A stretch of 63,990 nt of DNA, the filler included, from an uncultured Myxococcia bacterium (GTDB taxonomy: Bacteria; CAZTWC01), in assembly GCA_964617105.1 (NCBI GenBank). It is 3 parts of 3 records of this genome, joined end to end, with 100 filler letters (N's around TTAATTAATTAA, not from the genome) between each part and the next. Parts side by side here need not be neighbours in the genome. Positions count along the whole stretch, not along the records: positions 27,404 to 54,592 come from CAZTWC010000015.1; positions 54,693 to 63,990 come from CAZTWC010000142.1; 1 more part is not named here. One strand, written 5' to 3'. A program made the position numbers and the translations under genes. A model generated the notes under the pieces. That model was not told the origin of the DNA and searched no databases. It saw only the letters and a program-made list of their open reading frames with translations. Every line of letters begins with the position of its first letter. The first letter of the stretch is position 1. Shown piece by piece: positions 50,696 to 61,446 of this stretch.

Positions 50696-50923
50696 TTTTT
50701 TAGTATTTGCCAGATAGACATTAATGTTATTATCTCTTTTTAATTTATTTTTCCAAAAAGTGCAAGAACAGAGATGTAAAAACTCTGCTTCTTGACAAAA
50801 AATAAACCCCGGATTAGAATCTTTTTTCATATTCATTTAGAATGTAAGTCAGAAATTTAAGAATGAAAAGAACACTCGCAGCAACTAATTGCAAAGGGTA
50901 ATTTTCAACCGTAGTTTTCTTAG

Positions 50924-52354
50924 GTGAGGTTATTTGTGACAGGCAATTTCATTAATGGTAAATGGCATGATGGGGGAGAACCGCAACCTGTGCACAACCC
51001 TTTCAACGGTCAAGTGATAGATGTGGTTTCCAAAGCAACTTCAGAGCAATTACAGGAAGCCCTGGAAGGTTCGGGGCGGGCTTTTAAGACCACTAGAGAT
51101 CTACCCCTTTACAAACGGGTAGAATTATTAGAAAAAGTTTCTTCTAGCATAGAGAAGAACAGGGATAACCTGGCTCGCACCATTGCCCAGGAGGCTGGTA
51201 AGCCCATCACCTTTGCCTATATCGAAGTAGATCGCTGTGCTTTGACTTTTAAAACCGCTGCCGATGAGATAAAGCAGATCAAGGGCGATACTTTTCCTCT
51301 GGATTATATCCCAGGAACAAAGAATTATACCGCAATTACCGCTCGCTATCCAGCCGGTCCGGTGGCAGCCATCACCCCTTTTAATTTTCCCTTAAACCTG
51401 GTGGCCCATAAAGTGGCGCCGGCATTGGGCGTTGGTAATACAGTGGTGCACAAACCTGCCTCCAGCACCCCTTTAACAGCCTATCAACTGGCCATGATAT
51501 TGGAAGAAGCCGGAATAGTTCCGGGGCAGTATAATTTGCTTAACCTGCCTGGCCGTATGGCGCAGCCCATGGTAAGTCATCCATCTATTAAAGTGGTTAG
51601 TTTTACCGGAAGTGCAGTAGTAGGCTGGAAACTGAAAAGAGAGGCGGTTCAAAAGAAAGTAACTTTGGAGTTGGGCGGTAATGCACCTGCTATTGTCCAT
51701 CAGGATGCGGATCTTGATTTTGTGNNNNNNNNNNNNNCCACTGGCGCTTTTGCTTATGCCGGCCAAATCTGTATTTCCATACAACGGATCCTGGTACACC
51801 GTCCCATAGCTGATGAATTGATAGAAAAATTGACCTGTTATACCAAAGAAAAAGTAAAAGCCGGCGATCCTATGCTGCCCGATACTGTTGTAGGCCCTAT
51901 GATCGATACTGATAACGCAGATCGGATAATCCAATGGATAGATGATGCCAGGCTACATGGAGCCAAGGTGCTTTGTGGAGGAGACAGATCGGGCAATTTG
52001 ATAACCCCTACCCTGATTACCAATGTCCACCGTGATATGAAAGTATATAAAGAGGAAGTTTTTGGCCCAGTGGCCACCGTAGAAATATATGATGATTTTC
52101 CAGAGGCAATCGATTTGGCCAATGATACCAAGTATGGACTGCAGGCCAGTATTTTTACCCGGGACATCAAACGGATATGGAAAGCCTTTTCTCAAATAGA
52201 AACCGGAGGCTTGATAGTTAACGATTATCCAACTTTTAGAATAGATCCTATGCCCTATGGAGGAGTTAAAGAGTCTGGGTGCGGTAGGGAAGGATTGCGT
52301 TATGCTATGGAAGAGATGACTGAACTGAAACTTTTAGTGCTCAATAATAACTAA
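50924..52354 (+). CDS. Aldehyde dehydrogenase family protein (short N gap inside)
   Basis: ITPFNFPL, FTGS, LELGGN, catalytic GQIC, EEVFGP; alternative GTG start 50936. Confidence 0.93.
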   Translation: MRLFVTGNFINGKWHDGGEPQPVHNPFNGQVIDVVSKATSEQLQEALEGSGRAFKTTRDLPLYKRVELLEKVSSSIEKNRDNLARTIAQEAGKPITFAYIEVDRCALTFKTAADEIKQIKGDTFPLDYIPGTKNYTAITARYPAGPVAAITPFNFPLNLVAHKVAPALGVGNTVVHKPASSTPLTAYQLAMILEEAGIVPGQYNLLNLPGRMAQPMVSHPSIKVVSFTGSAVVGWKLKREAVQKKVTLELGGNAPAIVHQDADLDFVXXXXXTGAFAYAGQICISIQRILVHRPIADELIEKLTCYTKEKVKAGDPMLPDTVVGPMIDTDNADRIIQWIDDARLHGAKVLCGGDRSGNLITPTLITNVHRDMKVYKEEVFGPVATVEIYDDFPEAIDLANDTKYGLQASIFTRDIKRIWKAFSQIETGGLIVNDYPTFRIDPMPYGGVKESGCGREGLRYAMEEMTELKLLVLNNN

Positions 52355-52539
52355 TGAATAAAAAATCACACCGATACAAGTGCCCCTATTGTTTTTCATT
52401 GCGGGTGGTTCGATCAAAATGTCGCAATCTGGAAGAATCCATTAAAGATTTCTTATTTATCCGTCCCTTCCGATGTTTGGATTGCAATGCCCGCTATTAC
52501 AGGTTTAGTTTATCCGCCAACCCCGTCAAGAGAAGGTAA
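52354..52539 (+). CDS. Small Zn-ribbon protein (CxxC..CxxC)
   Basis: CPYC..RS..PFRCLDC; TAATG overlap with the ALDH stop. Confidence 0.6.
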   Translation: MNKKSHRYKCPYCFSLRVVRSKCRNLEESIKDFLFIRPFRCLDCNARYYRFSLSANPVKRR

Positions 52540-52560
52540 AATCCCCCCCAAAGGTGGGCC

Positions 52561-54592
52561 TTAGATCTGGTCGAAGCTGATGCTTTGGTTGCGGCCGTGT
52601 TCTTTACAATAGTAAAGTGCCTGGTCTGATTTTTCGATCAGATCCTCTTTGTTTTTGGCGTCAATGGGAAAAGTGCAGATTCCCAAACTCATGGTGATTG
52701 AAAATTTTCCCACATCGCTAGTAAAGACTTGATTTTGGACCTTCTCTCTAATCCTTTCAGCCATATACTTCCCCCCTTTTCTGTCGGTCTCCTCCAGGAT
52801 AATAACAAACTCTTCGCCACCGTAACGGGCTACGTAATCTGCTCCCCTGACCTCTTCCCGTAAAATTCTGGCGATTCTTTTTAAAACATTATCTCCCATC
52901 CGGTGTCCATAGGTATCGTTGACCAATTTGAAGTGATCGATATCGCACAAGATCAATGATACCTGACGGTTATAACGTTCTACTCTGGAGATTACATCAT
53001 CCAGTGATTCCTGGAATCGGCGATGGTTGTTTATTCCTGTTAACCCATCTGTAGTAGCCAGTTTTTGCATCTCCCAATACATTAAAGCATTGGTTAGAGA
53101 AATAGCGGTGAAGTTTGCCAATCTGGATAAAATATTTTCTCTGTCAAAGTTGAAAAATCTTGCTTCTTTTTTTCCTACCACCAATGTTCCCAGGGGTTTA
53201 TCCATGGCGATGAGTGGAAAAACTTTTAAAGATTTCAAGCCTTTGACCGAAATCTCCGGACAAAAGATAATCTGTTTGTCGCGATGGTGCTGTTCAAAAC
53301 CAACATGCGGCAGGATATGTTTGTTTTTAATTACCGAGGAAATCAGGCCATAGTTATTGGGAAAGACAAAACCTTCAAATTCTTTTAGATGGGACCAATT
53401 TACTTTTTTTATCTCATGCTGGTTGAGTTTTTCATTATAAGTAGTAATAGCGATAAAATCTGGTCCCACTATCTCATTAGCCGTATCTTCCGTTACTTGC
53501 AATACCTGGTCCATAGTGAGGGCATGATTAAATTTCTCACTGGTTTTAAAGAAGTTCTCTTTTTCGATTTTATCTCGATCCATATTGTAAAAGATTTGTT
53601 CTATTTTAATTGCTCTCATAATTTCCCGGCCACAGTGTTGCAGGATTTCCTTTTCCTGTTTTCCGAATTCAGGGCCTTCCTTACGGTCTGCGCAAAGGAT
53701 TCCTCTGACAATTCCATGTTCATCGATTAGAGGCAATCCCATAAAAGTTTCTATGCGTTCTCCTCCCATGTAATAGGGGATGGCAGGAAAATTGGTTTTC
53801 AGGTTTTTAAGGGCAATCACCTCTTTCTTTTTGATAATTGCCCCCATCACTCCCTGGTTGGCAAGAATAGACCGTTCGATGATAAAATCGCTTTTGGAGC
53901 GTAATTCTTTTATCTTCAATACTTGCCCATTTTTTTCCAATAAAAGAAAAACACAAGTATAGGAGTCAATTGAGGCAACCGCCATTTGCATAGTATTGTA
54001 GATAGAATCCTTGATAGCTCTAACTGAACTGATTTTTCTCTTTTTCTTTGCTTCCTGGTTATCACAGTCTACCACACTGGAAACAAAGCGGTACAGATCG
54101 GCATCCTCCTCATATTTTTTTTCCATACTGGTAATTTTTGTCCTATATTTCAGTTTCAACTGCATCATCTCGCCGCTCAGCAGAATCTTAAACATAAGGC
54201 TAAAGATAGTTATAAAGCATATATGTTGCAAAAGAATGGAAAAATTTCCTTGCTCACCACTACCAACAGAGAGGTAAAGAAAAATTTCCAAAAGCACCGT
54301 AAAAAAAACTATTAAAATATTCTCCAAATGCCTGGTAAAAGAGGCCATAAAAGCAACCAGGCAAAAAACCACCGGGTAAAGAGTGTGATGGAACAAGTTG
54401 CCGGTAAATATCAGCAATGTATAGATAGAGAGAATTAGTAAAAAGGCTAGAGGCAAATCGTCAATTTTTTTTACTACCGGTAAAGAGTGGGGAGAAAAAA
54501 CCCGTATTTTTTTTACAAGTTGGGTTATCAGCATTATCATCAAAAGGAATATAGGCAATGTTTGGTCAATGTTGACCGATTGCAAATTTTGT
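52561..54592 (-). CDS. Membrane GAF-GAF-GGDEF diguanylate cyclase, 5'-truncated at contig end
   Basis: N-terminal TMs, two GAF-like regions, ATTDGLTG, DIDHFK, RGAD I-site, RYGGEEF. Confidence 0.9.
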
Positions 54593-54692
54593 NNNNNNNN
54601 NNNNNNNNNNNNNNNNNNNNNNNNNNNNNNNNNNNNTTAATTAATTAANNNNNNNNNNNNNNNNNNNNNNNNNNNNNNNNNNNNNNNNNNNN
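54593..54692. other. Artificial contig-joining spacer
   Basis: N run + TTAATTAATTAA (54637-54648) + N run. Confidence 0.95.
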
Positions 54693-56642
54693 GCCGCCTG
54701 CCAGACTCAACTAATGTTGCAGGCAAATTGTTCTTACCGAAGCAATACAAAAAGTAACTCAAGAGAGGATCTTGACTATAGCCCGGTCCCCATCAACCTG
54801 GTCTATATATTGGAAGCCTGTGGCAGCCTGGCGGCAGGTGCGGTCCATACCTGGATTATGGCTGACCATTTTACTCCCCTGGTCAGTTGCTGGATCACGG
54901 TTATTTTACTTTTACCCTTGCTGTTCTGTTTTCATCTGGCTTTCAACCATCGGGCTATGGCACGGTTCTCCCTGGTGATTATCGGGGCCATGGGTATTCT
55001 ATTCTGGTTGCATTTACCTCAAAAAATAGAACACATTACCACCCTGGGCAGATGGAATTCGCTAAAGACCGGCAGCCAACTTCTAAAAACGGTTCATACC
55101 CCGTTCCAGGTGCTGCAGGTGGGTAAAGCGGCTCAACAGTACAGCCTTTTCGCCAATGGCAAGTATTGGGGTTCATTTCCAGACCCCTATACCTATCGAC
55201 TGCCTTCTCTTTTTTACCTCTCCCTCCACCCCTCACCACAACGCATCCTGCTGGTGGGATTAGGAATAGGCGGACTGGTTGAACAGATGCTGCAATTTCC
55301 CCTGGAGCATCTTGACTATTGCCTACATGATTCTAAAATAGTGTCCCTGGTAAAAGAGCGCCTTTCCCCGGCTCACAAAACTGTGCTGGAGGATAAAAGG
55401 CTAAAAATAAGGCCGGTTGATGGCCGTTTATGGATAAAAACCACTCCATTTAAGTATGACCTGGTGATCATCAATATCCCCCCTCCATCAACTGCCATGT
55501 TAAACCGCTATTATACCCTGGACTTTTTTCAGGAGATTAGAAGTAGGATAAAAGAGGACGGGGTGATGGCAATCAGGTTAGATACGCCTTTCAACTATTT
55601 TGACCAGACCCGGTTACAACAGTTGACCTCGGTCTACAAATCGATACAAAAAGTTTTCCCCAATATATTACTGATTCCCGGACAACCGGGATTTATGGCG
55701 GCGACTTCCCAGGCTATTAAATGGAACGCCTCTTATCTAAAGGGAAACATTTTTTCCCAAAATCTAAAAGAAGAAGTTTTCAATCCCCATCATCTAGACT
55801 TGCTCTTAGAGCCAAAGCGGCAACAGTTTGCCCTGCGGGAAGTAGAAAAAAAACTGGTTGAAGTTGATTATAACCTGGATGCAAAGCCCATTAGTTATTA
55901 TTACAACTTAGTCGCCTGGGACAAAATGACCGGCAACAAATTGGAATATCTATTTAAATTCTGCCAAAGCATCACCTCACCTGGGATACTGGCTCTAGTG
56001 TTAATTTTTCTGCTCCTGTCTCTAACCTTTGCCTCCAGGAGAGTAAAAAAAACGCCGATTTTACCTTTATTTTATCTTTTAGGCAGCACGGGTTTCTTTG
56101 GCATGACTATAAGTCTGGTAATTATTTATCAGTTTCAAAACTATTTTGGTTATATCTACCGGGAAATAGGTTTGTTAACCGGCCTGTTTATGGCTGGATT
56201 GGCAACGGGTGGTTACCTGATCTTTATAGCCAGAAAGAGATGGCCAAAAATAGACTGCTATAAAACTCTGCTGGTCTCGGAGATAGCTATTCTCCTCTTT
56301 TTAACCCTGTTTCCCTGGTTGTCTCCAACCCAAGATAATAACAGCCATATAGCCAGATTTGTTTTTTATGCTTTGATGATTATTGGCGGCGTCATAACCG
56401 GCAGCCAATTTCCTCTGGTGGGCGATCTATTGGTAAGAGAAAAAATAAAAACCAGCATTGTTGCCAGTATAATAGATGGTGCTGACCATCTGGGGGCTAT
56501 GGCAGGCGCTTTTTTTACCGCAATTTATTTCCTTCCGGTTCTGGGAGTGAAATCCACCTTCATGATACTGGTGTTAATAAAATTGGCGGCGCTCTGGGGC
56601 CTATGGGAACTATTTATCTACCGCCGTTTGGTTCGGCGTTGA
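54693..56642 (+). CDS. Membrane-bound spermidine synthase-like protein (MFS-like TMs plus SAM-binding fold), 5'-truncated
   Basis: TPFQ.L, ILLVGLGIGG, DGR, YDLVII, NRYYT.DFF, multiple TMs; frame open to the contig start. Confidence 0.75.
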   Translation, partial: AACQTQLMLQANCSYRSNTKSNSREDLDYSPVPINLVYILEACGSLAAGAVHTWIMADHFTPLVSCWITVILLLPLLFCFHLAFNHRAMARFSLVIIGAMGILFWLHLPQKIEHITTLGRWNSLKTGSQLLKTVHTPFQVLQVGKAAQQYSLFANGKYWGSFPDPYTYRLPSLFYLSLHPSPQRILLVGLGIGGLVEQMLQFPLEHLDYCLHDSKIVSLVKERLSPAHKTVLEDKRLKIRPVDGRLWIKTTPFKYDLVIINIPPPSTAMLNRYYTLDFFQEIRSRIKEDGVMAIRLDTPFNYFDQTRLQQLTSVYKSIQKVFPNILLIPGQPGFMAATSQAIKWNASYLKGNIFSQNLKEEVFNPHHLDLLLEPKRQQFALREVEKKLVEVDYNLDAKPISYYYNLVAWDKMTGNKLEYLFKFCQSITSPGILALVLIFLLLSLTFASRRVKKTPILPLFYLLGSTGFFGMTISLVIIYQFQNYFGYIYREIGLLTGLFMAGLATGGYLIFIARKRWPKIDCYKTLLVSEIAILLFLTLFPWLSPTQDNNSHIARFVFYALMIIGGVITGSQFPLVGDLLVREKIKTSIVASIIDGADHLGAMAGAFFTAIYFLPVLGVKSTFMILVLIKLAALWGLWELFIYRRLVRR

Positions 56643-57886
56643 AGGGCAATATTACCCATAATAACTGAACCGCGCGCAGGAACCGATATCCCTCTCTCTA
56701 TTTTGGAGTCATACAGTCCATGAACTATGGAGATAGACCATCTGCCGGGAAATACCGGGGTTAATTTAAACTCACCCTTGCGGTTGCTTATAGTCATTTT
56801 CATCAACTCTTCCCGTAGGTGAGGATTGGAGCGTACCTTAAGTTTTACCACCGCACCCGCTACCGGTTTGTCGTTTTCCAGGTTGACCAGCCGCCCCTGA
56901 ATCATCCCCCGGCCTAAATTTATGGTCAGGTTAGCGGTCGGATTGTTGCGGTCCAGTTCAATATGATCAACCAGCGCTCCCTGGTTCTGGTTATCTTTTA
57001 CCAGCAGATCAAAACGTCCCGCTTCCACATTTACAGCAAACTTGCCATTTTTTACACGGAAATTCTTAGAAAGGCTACGGTTATATTCTCCCCGGCCAAT
57101 CACCTTTACGGTAAAATAGGTGGACGGCTTATCGTTAAGATCATGCACTTCACCGCTTATTTGATAAAGGGGAGTTAATACCACCCTGAAACTATTTTTT
57201 GAAGTGCGGCGGATTAATTTATATTCCCGGTAACCTTTTTTCTCAAAAGAAAGAGCATATTCTCCCGGCCAAAGTTCTTGGAAAAACAGATTACCATGGT
57301 CATCGGAAACTAGCGATTGTTCATATACTTTGTAGCCATTTTGACTGCTAAGGTAGATAGTTACCCCGGACATCGGCATATTATCCGGATCAACCACCAC
57401 TCCCTTCAAACTGGCTTTTCCTCTGGGCACCACCAGTTCCAGGTCATCCATATCCTTGCCCTCCTGAAGTTCTACCGGCAACTCTACCGGCCGGGGAAAA
57501 GTGGAACTGGTTACTTTAAATATAATCAGTTCTGGAGGCAATGATTTAAACCGAAATCTACCCCGGGCATTAGCAGTAACAATGGTTAAATTGCGTCTCC
57601 CTTTGGCCCTGACCGCCAAAACTTTCCCGCCCCCAAAATAGTTACCGTCCGAATGAAGCAAACGTCCAGCAACCTTTACTCCCGCTTGAATTTCATAATC
57701 TAACTGTTGCCCGGCAGAATTATCCGGAGAATTATCTTGGGCCTTCCCCTTTTGATGGATCCGGTTGATTGATAAGGATATCTCTTCGCTTTCCGGTTGT
57801 TCTTCCTGGTCTCCCCGGAAGAAATAAATCGTCAGTAAAATAGGCAAAGCGATAATGATAATAATAGTAAAATAGCGTCTATTCAT
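56618..57886 (-). CDS. Membrane-anchored protein with carboxypeptidase-regulatory-like (beta-sandwich) repeats
   Basis: N-terminal anchor; repeated G.V.D....P..G..V.L...G.F....PG.Y units. Confidence 0.7.
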   Translation of the reverse strand: MNRRYFTIIIIIALPILLTIYFFRGDQEEQPESEEISLSINRIHQKGKAQDNSPDNSAGQQLDYEIQAGVKVAGRLLHSDGNYFGGGKVLAVRAKGRRNLTIVTANARGRFRFKSLPPELIIFKVTSSTFPRPVELPVELQEGKDMDDLELVVPRGKASLKGVVVDPDNMPMSGVTIYLSSQNGYKVYEQSLVSDDHGNLFFQELWPGEYALSFEKKGYREYKLIRRTSKNSFRVVLTPLYQISGEVHDLNDKPSTYFTVKVIGRGEYNRSLSKNFRVKNGKFAVNVEAGRFDLLVKDNQNQGALVDHIELDRNNPTANLTINLGRGMIQGRLVNLENDKPVAGAVVKLKVRSNPHLREELMKMTISNRKGEFKLTPVFPGRWSISIVHGLYDSKIERGISVPARGSVIMGNIALQRRTKRR

Positions 57887-57973
57887 GGTGTTTTAAGACG
57901 TTACATGTAGTTAAATAGATATTTTAAAACCAAAGATTGGTATTAGTGCTCTGTACAGAACACTAGAAGTTTA

Positions 57974-58537
57974 TTAATTCTTACTCTTATACCGATTGTT
58001 GCTGAATTTCTCAGACCACATACCTTTTTTCCCTTTCATGGCATTGGTCATCTGTTTAAAGATAATTTTCATCCACTGGAGATTTTCACCGTAGCGCCGG
58101 GGATAAGCGATCCCCTCCCGTACCATATAGGCATTTATAAAGAGTTTATTTTGAAATACTATACCTTTTACCCCTTTAGTTTGCGGGTCCAAATCAACAA
58201 AGACATAGCCTAGCAGGCGATTGTAGTGATCACGCTTTTCTTTATCAAAACTAATGGTTACTTTTTTTCCCTCCACCAGTTTTTTATTGAATTCAAAGGC
58301 AATGGGGGCAAAAAGTTCCTTATCCTCTCCCGGGTAATCCTCCGGGGCATCGATACCAATATAGCGGAGGATCTCTCCATTATCCAGTTTAACCGTATCA
58401 CCATCTAAAACCTTCAATACGGTAGCAGTATATTCGTAATCTTTAGGGGTAGGAAAATTTAGTTTAACGCAGGAAATCAGAGCAAACATGCTCAGGCAAA
58501 CAAAAATCAACCATATAGATTTAAAAATATTATTCAT
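57974..58537 (-). CDS. Thermonuclease (SNase) family lipoprotein
   Basis: Lipobox LIS-C; DGDT, RYIGIDAPE, D.Y.RLLGYV, N..MVREG.A. Confidence 0.9.
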   Translation of the reverse strand: MNNIFKSIWLIFVCLSMFALISCVKLNFPTPKDYEYTATVLKVLDGDTVKLDNGEILRYIGIDAPEDYPGEDKELFAPIAFEFNKKLVEGKKVTISFDKEKRDHYNRLLGYVFVDLDPQTKGVKGIVFQNKLFINAYMVREGIAYPRRYGENLQWMKIIFKQMTNAMKGKKGMWSEKFSNNRYKSKN

Positions 58538-58552
58538 CTTTCCTCCAATTTT

Positions 58553-60598
58553 TTAAGGTTTATACACCAAAATATTACCTTTTTCTCCAGCTACAAAAAT
58601 ACTATCCGGCCCAGTAGCCCAAATGGCTTTCATCCCCACGGTGTATTGATTTTCCATCTCCTTGAAATAGACATTGTTGTAATGGAGAATAGCCCCGGCA
58701 TCACCCACGGTGATGGAGTGAAAACGATCGAAACACCACACCCCATACAGCCAAGAGGAGATTGGAGGAGTCAACTTGTCCCAGATCATCCCGTTAAATT
58801 TAAGCACCCAACCGTCCTTGCCCGCAGCAATAACATTGTTGTTGGCACAGCCATGAACGGAAAACAAGGTGGTCTTGTAATTGGTGGTCATCTCTGTCCA
58901 CTCTACGCTGTTGAAGTGCATGATCAGCCCCTCTTCGCCCACCGCATAGATATCATTTTTTGAACTGCCCCAGATACTGTAAAGATTCTTGCTGTTGCCG
59001 ATATTAAACTGGGACCAGGAATTTCCGTTGTATTTCAAAGCCAACCCTTTGTCTCCCACCGCATAGATATTTTGGGCATCTACACCCCAAATGGCATTGA
59101 TATTATCTGTGGAACCGCTGTAGGGGATTTTGGCCCAGGTGTTATTGATGTAACCCAAAATAGTTCCCTTGTTGCCCACTACAAATATTGTATTGGCATC
59201 TATCCCCCAGATACCGTTCAGGTTTTCTTCCACATCGGTTTCCATGGTTGACCAGATCATACCATTGTAGCGGATGATTTTCCCCTTATCTCCCACGGCA
59301 AATACATCGGAGGAAGAGAGGCCCCAAATTCCGTTCATGGTCTCTACTGATCCGCCGCCCAGGGCAGTCCAGGTTTGCCCGTTGAACTGCATAATGGTCC
59401 GGTCGTGACCCGCTAATAACATATTGCTGGCAGAGGTGCCGTGAATCCCTTTCAGATTGGCCTTGGTATTCATTTTTACCTCAGTCCATTTATTACCATC
59501 GTATTTTATCATTGTTCCGGCATCACCCACCGCATAGATATTATTGCCATTAGACCCCCAAACAGCATTAAACGGTTCGTAACCCATTTTCATACCCTTG
59601 TCCCACTGGCCATTTTGGTAGGTATAGATATATCCTTCTGACCAGGTACCTCCCACCGCATATACTTTATCACCTATGCCAAAAATAGAATAAAAAGTGA
59701 CACTGGTATAGGAATTTCCTCCAAGTTCATGCTCCAGGGCGGTCCAGGTGGAACCATCGTAGTGAGCGGTCAACCCTGAACTGCCGGCTATATGAATATC
59801 CTGGTCAGAGGTTCCCCAAATAGCGTGAATGGAGCCATAACTCATATCGACTGAACCCAAATCTAGAGTCTCGCTGTTCCAACTTGAGCCATCATAACAA
59901 AAAAGGCCGGTAGAATTGGCATAGGAACTCAAACTACCCACTACATAAACATTGGTGGCGGAAGTGCCCCAGACATCTTCCAAATCAGCTGTGGTGCCGC
60001 TGGTCATTAAATTCCATTGTTGACCATTATAGTGAACTATAGTGCCGTCATCACCAACGGCAAAAACATTATTGGCATCCATTGCCCATACCGCATTCAG
60101 GTCGTTGGTGGATCCGGTATTTGCCTCGATCCAACTCTTGCCGTCATAGATCAACGCCATCCCATCGGAGCCCACAAAATAGATATGGGTGCTGTCTAAT
60201 ATATAAACATCGTTCATCTGTTCACTGCTGAACATGGGATTTAAGCGTTTCCATTTGTGAGCGGGAAACGTGGAGGGAGCCTGTGGAGTAGAGTCCACCT
60301 CGGTGGGAGCGACACCTTCATCTCCAAATAGCCCTAAACCTTCATTACTTGGCCCACCATCTTTTTCACCGGTCTCAGAAGATGCACCTTCTTCTGCCTC
60401 ACCTGCATCAGCATCTCCGGCGCCATCCTCTACATCATCCACACTGCCATCCAGATTTGATGTTCCCTCATTCGAATCTGAGGTAGAAGAACCCTGGTCA
60501 GAGCCACAGTTGAATAGGGGCAGACAGAGCAATAACACGATACAGACCAGAATACATAACTTTAAGAGTAATTTCTTTAACTGCATTGTTTTAACCAC
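58553..60598 (-). CDS. Lipoprotein with acidic linker and 14 about-40-aa beta-propeller repeats
   Basis: Lipobox LFN-C; repeats of form L..VWG....IYAVG..G.I..Y.G..W. Confidence 0.8.
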   Translation of the reverse strand: MVKTMQLKKLLLKLCILVCIVLLLCLPLFNCGSDQGSSTSDSNEGTSNLDGSVDDVEDGAGDADAGEAEEGASSETGEKDGGPSNEGLGLFGDEGVAPTEVDSTPQAPSTFPAHKWKRLNPMFSSEQMNDVYILDSTHIYFVGSDGMALIYDGKSWIEANTGSTNDLNAVWAMDANNVFAVGDDGTIVHYNGQQWNLMTSGTTADLEDVWGTSATNVYVVGSLSSYANSTGLFCYDGSSWNSETLDLGSVDMSYGSIHAIWGTSDQDIHIAGSSGLTAHYDGSTWTALEHELGGNSYTSVTFYSIFGIGDKVYAVGGTWSEGYIYTYQNGQWDKGMKMGYEPFNAVWGSNGNNIYAVGDAGTMIKYDGNKWTEVKMNTKANLKGIHGTSASNMLLAGHDRTIMQFNGQTWTALGGGSVETMNGIWGLSSSDVFAVGDKGKIIRYNGMIWSTMETDVEENLNGIWGIDANTIFVVGNKGTILGYINNTWAKIPYSGSTDNINAIWGVDAQNIYAVGDKGLALKYNGNSWSQFNIGNSKNLYSIWGSSKNDIYAVGEEGLIMHFNSVEWTEMTTNYKTTLFSVHGCANNNVIAAGKDGWVLKFNGMIWDKLTPPISSWLYGVWCFDRFHSITVGDAGAILHYNNVYFKEMENQYTVGMKAIWATGPDSIFVAGEKGNILVYKP

Positions 60599-60638
60599 AT
60601 GAAAAGTTTATAAAAACACTAATTAATTATCATACATC

Positions 60639-60670
60639 ATAAAATTTCGGAAGCGCATCCGAAATTTTAT
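60639..60670 (-). terminator. Probable intrinsic terminator after dapB
   Basis: 13-bp perfect inverted repeat ATAAAATTTCGGA / TCCGAAATTTTAT with a 6-nt loop. Confidence 0.55.
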
Positions 60671-61440
60671 AAAAATAACTCTTGCATACTATAAAATCCC
60701 GGTTTTTTGCCTGCAATCCACTTTGCTGCCCGCAAAGCGCCCCGGGCTAAAATCTCCCGGCTGCCGGTACGATGGGTCAATTCCAGAGATTCTCCCTTTC
60801 CTAAAAAATATACCGTGTGGGTGCCAGGCACATCTCCTCCCCGCAAACTGGCAATACCAATCTGGCCAGGCTGACGGGCACCCTCTCCCCTTGGAAACAG
60901 GATAGCCCTTTTATCATCGCCCTCAACTATTTTGTCTGCCAATGAGATGGCTGTGCCTGAAGGCGCGTCAACCTTATGGAGATGATGAATCTCGGTAATT
61001 TCCGCATCAAAGTCCTCCAGATGCCGGGAAAAGGTTGGCAGTAGAGCCATCAGCAAATTGATCCCCACGCTCATGTTGCTGGCGTATAATATAGGCATTT
61101 TGCCAGAGTATTCTCTGAGCATATTTTGTTCTGTGTCATTAATGCCGGTGGTGCCGCAAACCAGTTGACAATTTTTATAAATAACCGGCAGAAAATGTTG
61201 CAGGGTTCCAGGCAAGGAGAAATCGATTACCACCTCGTCTTGGAAAGTGGTCTCCTCCAGGGTAGTGACCTGAACATTTAGATTATCAACGCCCACCAGG
61301 GAGCCCGCCCTTTTTCCCAGAGCCGGATGGTCTGTTTTTTCCACAGCATTTACTAAAGTATATCCACTCTCCAGGGAGATAATTTCTAACAGGCAGCGCC
61401 CCATCTTTCCTGCAGCGCCAATAATAGAAACTTTTATCAT
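60667..61440 (-). CDS. dapB: 4-hydroxy-tetrahydrodipicolinate reductase
   Basis: GAAGKMG, GTTG, EIHHLHKVDAPSGTA, LRGG. Confidence 0.96.
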   Translation of the reverse strand: MIKVSIIGAAGKMGRCLLEIISLESGYTLVNAVEKTDHPALGKRAGSLVGVDNLNVQVTTLEETTFQDEVVIDFSLPGTLQHFLPVIYKNCQLVCGTTGINDTEQNMLREYSGKMPILYASNMSVGINLLMALLPTFSRHLEDFDAEITEIHHLHKVDAPSGTAISLADKIVEGDDKRAILFPRGEGARQPGQIGIASLRGGDVPGTHTVYFLGKGESLELTHRTGSREILARGALRAAKWIAGKKPGFYSMQELFL

Positions 61441-61446
61441 GGTTTC

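Noticed and set aside
50696-50836. 47-aa N-terminal extension of the Ser/Thr kinase in the ORF track
   Set aside because: AT-rich intergenic-like sequence; homology-typical start is MKSIPFGKY at 50695
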